Shown here piece by piece: positions 21,025-30,602 of a stretch of 64,000 bases of DNA. The DNA comes from Myxococcales bacterium (lineage in GTDB: Bacteria > Myxococcota_A > Polyangia > Polyangiales > DASUME01). Each line of letters starts with the position of its first letter. Position 1 is the stretch's first letter. A model generated the notes under the pieces. It saw only the letters and a list, made by a program, of their open reading frames with translations. It was not told the origin of the DNA and ran no database searches. The stretch is from the NCBI GenBank assembly GCA_047601445.1, contig JASGJH010000001.1, positions 1,888,001 through 1,952,000 of the forward strand, written 5' to 3'. A program made the position numbers and the translations under genes.

Positions 21025-24000
21025 TCAGTTGGTGGTCTGGGAGCCCCGCGAACGCCCCATGCCCGGCGGAAACACACTGTCGTTACGCTGCTCGCCCAAG
21101 AACACGCGCAGCAGCGCAGGCAGCAACACCAGACCCAGCAGGGTGCTCGAGACCATGCCGCCGATGACCGCGGTGGCCAACGGACGTTGCACCTCGCTGC
21201 CGGCCGACGACGACACCGCCATGGGCAGAAATCCGATGGACGCCACGGTGGCAGTGAGCAGCATCGGACGCAGCACCGCCACGGCGCCGTGCACCAGCGG
21301 CTCCTCGTCACGGCCTTCCTGCATGCGCCTGCGGATCTCGCTCGCCATCACTACGCCGTTGAGCACCGCGATACCGCACAGGGCGATGAACCCGACCGCC
21401 GCGGGAATGCTGAAGGGCATGCCCCGTAGCTTGAGCGCGACCACGCCGCCGATCAGCGCGAAGGGCACGCCCGAGAACACGGCGCCCGCATAGCGCACGT
21501 TGCCGAAGGTCATCATCAGCATCACGAAGATGATCACGAGGGCCACCGGCAGCACCACGCCCAGGCGCGCACTGGCACGCTCGAAGTTCTCGAACTGCCC
21601 TCCCCAGGTGATCCAGTAGTCTTCGGGCAACGGCACGCCGGCCGCGACGCGCTCCTTGGCGTCCTGTACGAAGCTCAATAGGTCGCGTCCTCGAATGTTC
21701 ACGTCGATGCGCAGGCGCCGCGACATGCTGTGACGGCTGATCTGCGCGGGTCCGTCCTCCTCGGCGATGTTCGCCACCTGCGCGAGCGGCACCAGCTTTC
21801 CGTCGCGCGAGCCGATGGGCAGGCGACCGAAGTCCTCGGGGCGCTGCGTCAGAGGCGGCAACATCACGCGCAGCTCGTAGCGGCGTTGATCCTCGAACAC
21901 GTAGCCTACCCGGCGTCCCTGCCGGCTGGCCTGCACCGCCGAGAGCACCTCATCGGCCGGGATGCCGAGTCGCGCCAGACGCCCACGGTCGGCGCGGATC
22001 TGCAGCATGGGCAACCCCAACGCACGCTCCACGCGCACGTCGCCCGCGCCCGGGGTTTTCTGAAGAATGCGCCCGATGCGACGGCCGAGGTCGGCAAGCT
22101 TGTGCAGGTCCGTCCCGAACAGCTGGATGGCCACGTCGGCGCGCGAGCCCGAGATCATCTCGTTGGTACGGTCCTCGATGGGCTGGGAGATGGAGACGAA
22201 GGTGGCCGGCACCTCGCGCTCGATGGCGCTCTTCATCTGCTCGCCCAGGGCGTCGAGATCGTGGGCGGTGGTCCACGTCTCCTTGGGCCGCAGCTTTACC
22301 AGCAGGTCGCTATTGTCCATGCCCACCGGGTCGACGGCGACCTCCGCGCGTCCCGTCATGGACAGGGTGGTCTCCACCTCGGGAAAGCGCTTGAGCACTT
22401 TCTGCACGGCCAGATCGAGCTTCCTGGCCTCGCCGAAGCCCACGCTCGGAATGCGCCGCATGGCGACCACGATGTCGCCCTCGTCGATGCGCGGCACGAA
22501 GTCCGCACCGAGCGACGCCCCCACCGGCACGGAGAGCAAGAGCGCCGCGCAGGCCACCGCGATCAGCAGCCCACGCCGCTCGAGCGCGCTGCGCACCAGT
22601 CGCTCGTAAGGGGCATCGAGGCGCGACAGCCAGCCGCCGTGGTGGCCCGTCTCGCGCAGCAAGCGTGCGGCGCCGGCGGGAAACGTGAACAGCGAGAAGA
22701 TCACGCTGCCGAACAGGGCCAGCGCCATGGTGGTGGCCATGGGCCGGAACATCTTGCCTTCGGTGCCCTCGAGCGTGAGCAGCGGCACGTAGACCAGCAA
22801 GATGATCAGCACCGAGAAAACCACTGGCCGCGTCACCTGCTTGAGACTGTCGCGGATCAAGGCGGGTCGGTTGTGGGAGGTCACCTGGCTCAGCGCGAGC
22901 TTGGCGATCACCGCCTCCGCCATCACGATGGGTCCATCCACCAAGAGCCCGAAGTCGATGGCGCCGAGGGACATCAAGCTGCCGGTCACGCCGAGCTGCA
23001 ACATCCCGATCAGCGCGATCAGCATCGACACTGGAATGCCCAGCGTCACCAGCAAGCTGGCGCGCCAGGAGCCCAAGAAGACCAGAATCACCAGGCCCAC
23101 CAAGAGCGCGCCCTCCACCAGGTTGGTGGCCACGGTCTTGAGCGTACGCTCGATGAAGCTCGCGCGATCATACACGGTCTCGATCCGGGCTCCCTGGGGT
23201 AGCTTCTTGCGCAGCTTCTCGATCTTCGCCTTCACGGCCTGCACCACGTCGCGCGAGTTCTCGCCCACCAGCATCAACACCGTGCCGGTCACGGCCTCGT
23301 GCGTGCCGTCCTGGGTGACCACGCCCTGCGGCAGCGCCGCTCCCAGACGTGCGTCTCCCAAGCGCTTGATCTGCACGGGGGTCCCATCGGCGTCGGAGGC
23401 CACGACCACGTCGAGGATCTCGCCGAGGTTCTTGAGCTGCGCCTCACCGCGGATCACGAGCTGCTCGCTGCCGCTCTCGATCCAGCCCCCGCCCACGTTG
23501 GCGTTGTTGCGCTCGAGCGCCTCGAGCACCTGGCTCAGCGTCAGACGGTGCGCCGCCAGCTTGGCCGGGTCGAGCACCACCTGGTACTCCTTGGCGGCCC
23601 CGCCCATGGCGTTCACTTCGATGACCCCGGGGACGCTGCGCAGCGCGGGGATCAGCTCCCACTGCAAGAGCCCGCGCAGTTCCATCGGCGAGTGTCGATC
23701 GCTCTCCAGCACGAACTGATAGATCTCACCGAGTCCCGTGGACACAGGCGCGAGCTGAGGTTTCCCGAACTCGGGCGGGATATCGGCCTCGATCTCACGC
23801 AGGCGCTCCGAGACGATCTGGCGTGCGAACCAGATGTCCATGCTCTCCTTGAAGACCACCGTCACGGCGCTCAGGCCGCTGCGGGTCACGGATCGCAATT
23901 CGTCGAGGCGCGGAAGACCGTTGAGGCCCATTTCCACCGGGAAGGTGACGAAGCGCTCCATCTCCTCGGCGGACAACCCGGGGGCCTCGGTGAGCACCAC

Positions 24001-24141
24001 CACCTGCACGTTGGTCACGTCCGGCACGGCATCGATGGGCAACGTGGGCAAGAGCAGCCCGCCGGCCACGCAGATCAATGCGCTGACCAATAGCACCAAC
24101 CCGCTGCGGCGAATCGCGAACTCAACCAGACTTTCGAGCAA
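21025..24141 (-). CDS. CzcA/CusA family heavy-metal efflux RND transporter
   Basis: LPIDAVPDVTNVQV, PVSTGLGEIYQF, TM4 AIDFGLLVDGPIVMAE, EGKMFRPMA, GSEVQRPLAT; start estimated at TTG 24141. Confidence 0.93.
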   Translation of the reverse strand: MLESLVEFAIRRSGLVLLVSALICVAGGLLLPTLPIDAVPDVTNVQVVVLTEAPGLSAEEMERFVTFPVEMGLNGLPRLDELRSVTRSGLSAVTVVFKESMDIWFARQIVSERLREIEADIPPEFGKPQLAPVSTGLGEIYQFVLESDRHSPMELRGLLQWELIPALRSVPGVIEVNAMGGAAKEYQVVLDPAKLAAHRLTLSQVLEALERNNANVGGGWIESGSEQLVIRGEAQLKNLGEILDVVVASDADGTPVQIKRLGDARLGAALPQGVVTQDGTHEAVTGTVLMLVGENSRDVVQAVKAKIEKLRKKLPQGARIETVYDRASFIERTLKTVATNLVEGALLVGLVILVFLGSWRASLLVTLGIPVSMLIALIGMLQLGVTGSLMSLGAIDFGLLVDGPIVMAEAVIAKLALSQVTSHNRPALIRDSLKQVTRPVVFSVLIILLVYVPLLTLEGTEGKMFRPMATTMALALFGSVIFSLFTFPAGAARLLRETGHHGGWLSRLDAPYERLVRSALERRGLLIAVACAALLLSVPVGASLGADFVPRIDEGDIVVAMRRIPSVGFGEARKLDLAVQKVLKRFPEVETTLSMTGRAEVAVDPVGMDNSDLLVKLRPKETWTTAHDLDALGEQMKSAIEREVPATFVSISQPIEDRTNEMISGSRADVAIQLFGTDLHKLADLGRRIGRILQKTPGAGDVRVERALGLPMLQIRADRGRLARLGIPADEVLSAVQASRQGRRVGYVFEDQRRYELRVMLPPLTQRPEDFGRLPIGSRDGKLVPLAQVANIAEEDGPAQISRHSMSRRLRIDVNIRGRDLLSFVQDAKERVAAGVPLPEDYWITWGGQFENFERASARLGVVLPVALVIIFVMLMMTFGNVRYAGAVFSGVPFALIGGVVALKLRGMPFSIPAAVGFIALCGIAVLNGVVMASEIRRRMQEGRDEEPLVHGAVAVLRPMLLTATVASIGFLPMAVSSSAGSEVQRPLATAVIGGMVSSTLLGLVLLPALLRVFLGEQRNDSVFPPGMGRSRGSQTTN

Positions 24142-24414
24142 TTTCCTGCCGCCCTTTCGAGGCCAGCCGAGCAAATTCGACGAGGCTTCGGAAGCTGACT
24201 CCAGCTGGCGCCCGATCGCAAGTACAAGCGTTGATTGAGGCATTCGGACGGCTTGCTCTGGGACGGTCTATCAGCTCTGAAAGGACTGCCGAATTTCCCA
24301 TTGCGTTGGAGGTTTTGGCCTTGAATGCTGGCCGCACCGAGCTCGCTCCCGGTGGCGCGCGGCAGCGGTGCGCGTACCTGGGCTGCAACCTTGGCGACGA
24401 CAGGGAGGTAGCTG

Positions 24415-24777
24415 ATGGGAGAAGTGAAGGAGTACGTCGGCGGCTGTCACTGCGGCAAGGTCCGCTATCGCGTGTCGCTCGACCTGAGCGCTCCCGCCAT
24501 TTCCTGCAACTGTTCGATCTGCGGACGCACCGGCACGCTTTTGACCTTCGTTCCGGCCGACAAGTTCACGCTCGAGCAGGGCGAGGACGCGCTGACCGAC
24601 TACCAGTTCAACAAGAAGATCATCCACCACTTGTTCTGCGCCACCTGCGGCGTGCGCTCCTTCGCACGTGGCCAGATGCCGGATGGAAGCCCCATGGTGG
24701 CGATCAACGCGCGCTGCCTCGAGGGCGTGGAGGTCGACAAGCTCCCGCTGCGGCATTTCGACGGCAAGAGCCGCTGA
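24415..24777 (+). CDS. GFA / CENP-V family zinc protein
   Basis: GGCHCGKVRY, CNCSIC, HLFCATCGV, INARCL; GGAGG RBS. Confidence 0.93.
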   Translation: MGEVKEYVGGCHCGKVRYRVSLDLSAPAISCNCSICGRTGTLLTFVPADKFTLEQGEDALTDYQFNKKIIHHLFCATCGVRSFARGQMPDGSPMVAINARCLEGVEVDKLPLRHFDGKSR

Positions 24778-24818
24778 GGTCGTGACCCGGAGCCGGATGT
24801 CCCCGCCACTCTAGGGAC

Positions 24819-26309
24819 ATGATCCGCAGCTACTGGTTCCTTGGGTTGACCGCACTGGCCCTTTCATCCTGCGCCCACGACCCCGCCTCTTCGGGGCGGG
24901 GCACGATGGACGACGAGGCGACCGCCGGGGACGGGGACTCCGACTCGAACGCGGGCGACGGGGACAACGCTGATGGGGACAACGGTGATGGGGACGACGG
25001 TGATGGGGACGACGACGGCGACGGCGACGGCACGAGCAACGGCGACGGAGACGGCGATGCGCCGAGCGCTGGGCCGCGAGTCGACAATCCGTTCCTGAAC
25101 GCCAAGGGGTACGTGAACCCGGAGTGGCGAGCCAAGGCCATGGGCGAGCCGGGCGGCGACCGCGTGGCCAACACGCCCACCGCGGTTTGGCTCGACCGCA
25201 TCGCGGCCATCGCGGGCACCCCGAACAGCGCATCCAACGGTCCGATGGGCCTAGCCGATCACCTCGACGCGGCGCTGGCGCAAAAGGCCGATTACGCCCA
25301 GTTCGTCATCTACAACCTGCCTGGACGCGACTGTTCGGCGCTCGCCTCGAACGGTGAGCTCGGCCCCGACGAGCTGCCACGCTACAAGTCGGACTACATC
25401 GACGCGATTGCCAGCATCATGGGCAAACCCAAGTACGCAGCCCTGCGCATCGTGAACGTGATCGAAGTGGACTCGCTGCCGAACCTGGTCACCAACACCA
25501 GCGTGGCGAAATGCGCGCAGATGAAGACCAACGGTGCCTACGTCGCGGGAGTGGCCTATGCCCTCCAAAAGTTGGGCGCCCTCACCAACGTATACAACTA
25601 CGTGGACGCCGGGCATCACGGCTGGCTCGGCTGGGACACCAACATGAACCCGTCGGCCGAGCTCTTCCATCAAGTCGCGATGCAGGCGGGCATTCATACC
25701 GTGCAGGGATTCATCACCAACACGTCGAACTATTCGGCCCTGCACGAGCCATTTTTCAGCGCCGAAACGCAGCTCAATGGGCAATCCGTACGTCAAGCCA
25801 AGTGGGTGGACTGGAACTTCTACGTGGACGAGCTGTCGTTCGCCCAGGCGTTTCGCCAGAAGCTCGTCTCCCTCGGGTTCGACGACACCATCGGCATGCT
25901 CATCGACACCTCGCGCAACGGCTGGGGCGGGGCGGCACGCCCGAGCAAAGCCAGCACCTCGACCGATGTGAACACCTTCGTGGACCAGTCCCGTATCGAC
26001 CGCCGCGTGCATGCCGGCAACTGGTGCAATCAATCCGGAGCGGGCTTGGGCGAGCGCCCGAAAGCGGCCCCCGCGGCAGGCATCGACGCCTATGTCTGGA
26101 TCAAGCCGCCCGGCGAGTCTGACGGCTCCAGCAGCGCCATCCAGAACAGCGAGGGTAAGGGCTTCGACCGCATGTGCGATCCCACCTATGGCGGCAATGA
26201 GCGCAACGGCAACAGCGCCACCGGCGCGCTTCCCAATGCCCCCCTCGCCGGGGCCTGGTTTTCGAGCCAGTTCCGCCAGCTGATGGACAATGCTTATCCC
26301 CCGCTGTGA
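24819..26309 (+). CDS. Glycoside hydrolase family 6 cellobiohydrolase-like lipoprotein
   Basis: Lipobox LSSC, Asp/Gly linker, PTAVWLDRIA, YNLPGRDC.ALASNGE, IEVDSLPNLVTN, DAGHHGWLGW, IDTSRNG, GNWCNQ, WIKPPGESDG. Confidence 0.95.
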   Translation: MIRSYWFLGLTALALSSCAHDPASSGRGTMDDEATAGDGDSDSNAGDGDNADGDNGDGDDGDGDDDGDGDGTSNGDGDGDAPSAGPRVDNPFLNAKGYVNPEWRAKAMGEPGGDRVANTPTAVWLDRIAAIAGTPNSASNGPMGLADHLDAALAQKADYAQFVIYNLPGRDCSALASNGELGPDELPRYKSDYIDAIASIMGKPKYAALRIVNVIEVDSLPNLVTNTSVAKCAQMKTNGAYVAGVAYALQKLGALTNVYNYVDAGHHGWLGWDTNMNPSAELFHQVAMQAGIHTVQGFITNTSNYSALHEPFFSAETQLNGQSVRQAKWVDWNFYVDELSFAQAFRQKLVSLGFDDTIGMLIDTSRNGWGGAARPSKASTSTDVNTFVDQSRIDRRVHAGNWCNQSGAGLGERPKAAPAAGIDAYVWIKPPGESDGSSSAIQNSEGKGFDRMCDPTYGGNERNGNSATGALPNAPLAGAWFSSQFRQLMDNAYPPL

Positions 26310-26461
26310 GGCTCCGCAGGTCCGAAAAGACAGCGGCCAGGCCCCCAAAGCCACTCGTCGAGCGCGCCGCGCGAAGTACGCCCGGCGATCGTTGTGAGCC
26401 GGCTCGCCAGCGTGCAAAAAGACAGTCGCCGCCGCTGTGCCGCGATGTAGTCTTCGGGCCC

Positions 26462-27379
26462 ATGAAGCCCCTGCTTGCACTGTCTGGACTCGGCCTGATC
26501 GCCGGCGTCGCCAGCGCCGCCTGCACCACCACGCCTCCCACGTTGCCCGGGACCTCCGACTTCGACGCGAGCGCTTCCTCCCAGGGGGACGGCGATGGCG
26601 ACGGCGATGCGGTCGAAGCCGAGTGCGAGGAAGGGGACGTCGAGACCTGCAAGTGCCCCGCTGGAAACGACGGGCCCAAGACCGGCAAGAAGGCGTGCGT
26701 GGGAGGCGAGTACACGTCCTGCAACGGTTGCTTCGACGACGAGAAGTCGAGCAGCAAGTGCGTACCGGGACGCTACGCGGGTCGTTACCAGATGACCTAC
26801 ACGCCTGGCCCGGCCGGCATCTGCGGTTTGGCCACGCTCTTCGGCGGCGCGGGCGGCGGCAACTGGTCCTTCGACATCGAGAAGAGCGACGGCGAAGAGT
26901 TCTACACGGTGGGCAACGGCTGCCTCATCGGCAAGACCGACAACGTCGATGCAGGCGTGGTGCAGGCAGGGGCCGAGGCGTTCGCCAATGGCGTGGTGAT
27001 GCGCGCTCAGATCACGGGCGTGGTGGATTGCGCCACCGGCGAGCTCAAGGGCGAGCTCCGTGGCTACTATCGCTCCACCAGCTTCTGCGGCCTCGGCATC
27101 GCGCAGGACAACTTCTTCTTCAAAGGCCCGGTCAGCGGCAAGTTCGATCCCGCGACCAGCAGCTTCAAGGAAGGTGTGATCGTCATGCGCGAACCCGAGG
27201 TGGCGCTGCCGCTGGCGGGCCAGCCCGGTGGCAAAGGCACCTGGACCGCCGAGCTCAACGGCGACGAAGGCGATTCCGGCGTGACGCTCGATGCAGACGC
27301 CAGCACGGCCGGTGGTTGCTTGAACGGGGTAATGTTCAAGGACTTCCCCCTGCCCGACTACGACGCCGGGAGCCCCTGA
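26462..27379 (+). CDS. Hypothetical cysteine-rich lipoprotein
   Basis: Signal with SAAC lipobox, GDGDGD linker, paired cysteines; start at ATG 26462. Confidence 0.75.
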   Translation: MKPLLALSGLGLIAGVASAACTTTPPTLPGTSDFDASASSQGDGDGDGDAVEAECEEGDVETCKCPAGNDGPKTGKKACVGGEYTSCNGCFDDEKSSSKCVPGRYAGRYQMTYTPGPAGICGLATLFGGAGGGNWSFDIEKSDGEEFYTVGNGCLIGKTDNVDAGVVQAGAEAFANGVVMRAQITGVVDCATGELKGELRGYYRSTSFCGLGIAQDNFFFKGPVSGKFDPATSSFKEGVIVMREPEVALPLAGQPGGKGTWTAELNGDEGDSGVTLDADASTAGGCLNGVMFKDFPLPDYDAGSP

Positions 27380-27411
27380 GCAGACCCGAGTCGACGCGCG
27401 TGTGTCGACCT

Positions 27412-27918
27412 GTGCCAGGACCAAGTCTGAAAAACCGAGCCAGCGTGCCCGTCGCGCGCACCGCCCTCGACCGGATTCTGCGCGACGAGGTGCGGCACCG
27501 CGAGTTCGGCTGGGCGCCCTTGGCCTGGCTGCTCGAAACGCCGTTAGGCGACGCCTTTCGCGAGTGATTGCAGAGCACGCTGCCGCCGATGCTGGAGCGC
27601 GTGCGCCAGAACTACGGCGGCGTGGCGCTCGACAGGGCGGGAGCGGAAGCCCTGGCGCGTTCCGCTGCGCGCACTTCGGCGAACGCCCAAGCCTGGGGTG
27701 TGATGCCGCTCTCGGACTACGTGGCCAGCGTCGAAGAGACCTTCCAGCGTGACTACACGACGCGCTTCCGCGAGCTCGGGATCGCTGTCTGCTGCGAGGT
27801 CGAATGGCCGCGGCGCAGCCGGGCGGGAATGTGCGCGGTGCCTGGTGCGAGCTTTGCAAACTTGGGAAGCGAACGTTCTTTCACGCCGTATCTGGTGAAA
27901 GGGACCACGCAGCTATGA
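27412..27918 (+). pseudogene. Remnant of a ferritin-like (di-iron) domain gene
   Basis: ARTALDRILRDEVRHREFGW (EXXH) reads in frame through TGA 27565-27567 into LQSTLPPML...AWGVMP...RFRELGI; N-terminal half absent. Confidence 0.55.
27843..27858 (+). promoter_or_regulatory. Putative sigma54 promoter upstream of the BON-domain gene
   Basis: TGGTGCGAGCTTTGCA with GG-N10-GC spacing and TTGCA. Confidence 0.45.
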
Positions 27919-27935
27919 CTCGCAGGAACGACACA

Positions 27936-28220
27936 ATGAACGAATTGTCGCCAGCGCCCGCCACCAGTTCGATCCGTCAGGTGCACCCGGTCGGTTCCGG
28001 TGACGCCGAAATCCGCAGGCGCGTACTGCAGGAGATGCAGCGGCGCCCGAGCCTGGACATCGGGCTGCTCTCGATCCAGGTGGGCAACGGCGTGGTAACG
28101 CTGCGGGGAGAAGTGCCGAGCATCGCGGAGCTGCCCACCCTGGCGCGCGCCATCCGCAACATCCCCGCCGTGCACGAGCTGCGTTCCGAGCTCAAGGTGT
28201 TGCGGCGTCGCCCTCGCTAA
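27936..28220 (+). CDS. Single BON-domain protein
   Basis: DAEIRRRV...SIQVGNGVVTLRGEV......AIRNIPAVHELRSELKV. Confidence 0.75.
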   Translation: MNELSPAPATSSIRQVHPVGSGDAEIRRRVLQEMQRRPSLDIGLLSIQVGNGVVTLRGEVPSIAELPTLARAIRNIPAVHELRSELKVLRRRPR

Positions 28221-28536
28221 CCAATCGCGATGAATACGGCAAGTTGCTTCTCGCAGCCAGCCGAGATCCTCGACCGTCGCGTCGAGCCAATCCGTGAGCG
28301 TGGCCCTGGCCGTTGTCGCTCGCGTGATGTGGCCGCGCTGAGCGGGAACCAAATCGTGAAGGTGACCGATGCCGCACTCCGCTCACGGGTATTGATCACG
28401 GCCCCGGCGTCGTTCCAGCTCACGAGCGCGGCCACCATCACGGGCGCGCTCACGTCGACATCCACGGCCACGCAATGGCCTCGGCGTCCACCGGGTCTCG
28501 ATCGCACATTCCATGTGCGATCAGTTCGGACCCGAC

Positions 28537-28986
28537 TCATTCACTGCGCGTGGGTGGCACGTTGCGGAAGGTCACGCCGAAGCGATTCCAGGCGTTGATG
28601 GCCGCAATCGCTAGCACCAGCTCCACCAGCTGTCTGTCGCCGAACTCCGCGCACGCGGCAGCATAGATGTCGTCGGGCACACCGTCGGGCCCGAGCTGCG
28701 TCACCGCCTCCGCGAAGGCCAGGGCCACGCGCTCGCGCTGGCTGAAGAAGGTTGTCTCCTGCCAGACCGCGACCGTGTAGACGCGCTGCTCGCGCTCGCC
28801 CCGCTTGCGCAGGTCGTGGGAGTGCAGATCGACGCAATAGGCGCATCCGTTGAGCTGGGACACGCGCAGATACACGAGATCGATCAGGACGTCCCCGAGC
28901 TCCGACTTGCGGACCGCATTCTCCATGGACATCAGCGCCTTGAGGGCTTCGGGGTAAACCTCGCGGTGGTTCAATCGAGCTTGCAT
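28537..28986 (-). CDS. Carboxymuconolactone decarboxylase / AhpD family protein
   Basis: LRVSQLNGCAYCVDLH (CXXC), FSQRERVALAFAEAVT, INAWNR; AGGAGG RBS. Confidence 0.93.
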   Translation of the reverse strand: MQARLNHREVYPEALKALMSMENAVRKSELGDVLIDLVYLRVSQLNGCAYCVDLHSHDLRKRGEREQRVYTVAVWQETTFFSQRERVALAFAEAVTQLGPDGVPDDIYAAACAEFGDRQLVELVLAIAAINAWNRFGVTFRNVPPTRSE

Positions 28987-29020
28987 CGTGTCCTCCTGCT
29001 TCTGCTTGCGGGATAGCGCC

Positions 29021-29071
29021 AAAGTGGACTATCGATAAGGTCCACTTTTCGGAACCAATACTGGACCACTT
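29021..29071. promoter_or_regulatory. Putative MocR-type operator
   Basis: Perfect 9-bp inverted repeat AAAGTGGAC-N10-GTCCACTTT plus a third TGGAC/CCACTT half-site at 29062-29071, between the divergent genes. Confidence 0.65.
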
Positions 29072-29074
29072 CGA

Positions 29075-30545
29075 ATGCCACCGCGCGCCAGCCTCGATTT
29101 TCCCCTGCTCGTGTCGCCGGGACGCGCGCCCTACCACCGCGCGCTTTACGAAGCTTTGCGCGCTGCCATCCTCGAAGGCCGCCTGGCACCGGGCGCGCGC
29201 CTGCCTGCGACACGCGCGCTAGCGAATCAGCTCGGCGTGGCGCGTGGCACCGTGGTGCTCGCTTTTGAGCAGCTGCACGGTGAGGGCTACCTGGAGACCC
29301 GAGTGGGTTCCGGGACCCGTGTCTCCGAGCAGCTGCCGGACAGCTGGTTCGCCGTGCCGAGCCCGCGCGAACGGCCGCGCCCCCCGCTCTCCCCGCCCGC
29401 GCTCTCGCGCTGGGCGCGCGACCTGGGGCCCACTCCGTTTCCGCTCGGCACGCCGAGCCGGCTCAAGCCGTTCATGGCGCACGTGCCAGACCTGGCGAGC
29501 TTCCCGCACGAAGCATGGAGCCGCGTGCTCGCGCGCCGAGTGCGGCGCGGAGAGAGCAGTTTGCTGACCAGCGCCGACGCAGGAGGTCTGCTGCCGCTGC
29601 GGGCACATCTGGCGGAGTACCTCAAGCGAGCGCGCGGCGTGATCTGCAAGCCGGAGCAGGTAGTGATCACGCCGAGCCTGCAGCAGACCCTGTATCTGGT
29701 GGCGCGCCTGGTGGTGGACCCCGGCGCGGCCATCTGGATGGAGGAGCCCGGCTACCAGGGAGCGCACGCGGCCTTTCGCGCCGCCTCGGCCAAGCTCGTA
29801 CCCGTCGAGGTCGACGCCCAGGGCTTGAACGTGAGCCAGGGCATCGCGCGCGCGCCCCACGCCCGGCTGGTCTACGTGACGCCGGCCCACCAGGCGCCGT
29901 TGGGCGTGACACTCAGCATGGAGCGCAGGATTCAGCTGTTGGCCTGGGCCGAGAAGGCACGCGCCTACGTGTTCGAGGACGACTACGACAGCGAATACCG
30001 TTACGAGGGGCCGCCGCTACCTGCGCTGCAGGGGCTCGATTCGAGCGGGCCTGGTGATCCACGCGGGCACGTTCAGCAAGAGCATGTTCCCGGCGCTCAG
30101 GCTCTCCTACGTGGTGTTGCCGGAGCCGCTGTGCGAACCCTTCGTGCGGGCCAAGAGCATCGTGAGCCGCTACGTGGCCTTGTTGCCGCAGGCTGCACTG
30201 CTCGACTTCATGGAGAGCGGTGAATTCGGGCGCCACCTGCGGCGCATGCGCGAGCGCTACGCGGAGCGGCACCAGGCGCTGGTGGAAGCGCTCGCCAGCG
30301 AGCTGCCGAGCGTTCGCGTGGCGGGCGGCGCGGCCGGGCTCGAGCTCAGCGTGTGGTTGCCCGAGAAACTGCAGGAGGCGCGCGCCACGGAGCTGCTGCG
30401 GCAGGCCGAGATCTACGTGCAAACACTGGGCGAACACCGCCTACGCAAGAGCGCCCAGGGCGGGCTCCTGCTCGGCTTCGCCGCGTTCTCTGCGCGCAGG
30501 ATGCGGAGTCATGTGGGGGAGATGAGGCGAGCCCTCAACCTCTAA
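29075..30545 (+). pseudogene. MocR/GabR family GntR-PLP aminotransferase regulator with a +1 frameshift near 30047-30050
   Basis: GntR HTH LPATRALANQLGVARGTV; VYVTPAHQ, EDDYDSEYRY; continues in another frame as VIHAGTFSKSMFPALRL (PLP Lys). May be an assembly indel. Confidence 0.85.
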
Positions 30546-30602
30546 AGATCAGTCCCAAGGTCCCCGCGCACGGGCATGTTTACGGGGTCCTTTTCCAATC
30601 CC

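Noticed and set aside
27565..27567. Selenocysteine or readthrough at the in-frame TGA
   Set aside because: No redox or Cys context, no evident SECIS, and the gene is also 5'-truncated
28217..28540. 107-aa minus-strand ORF overlapping the AhpD-like stop, with VTFTIWFPL resembling a histidine-kinase C-terminus
   Set aside because: No N/G1/G2 boxes; similarity too short to support a gene call
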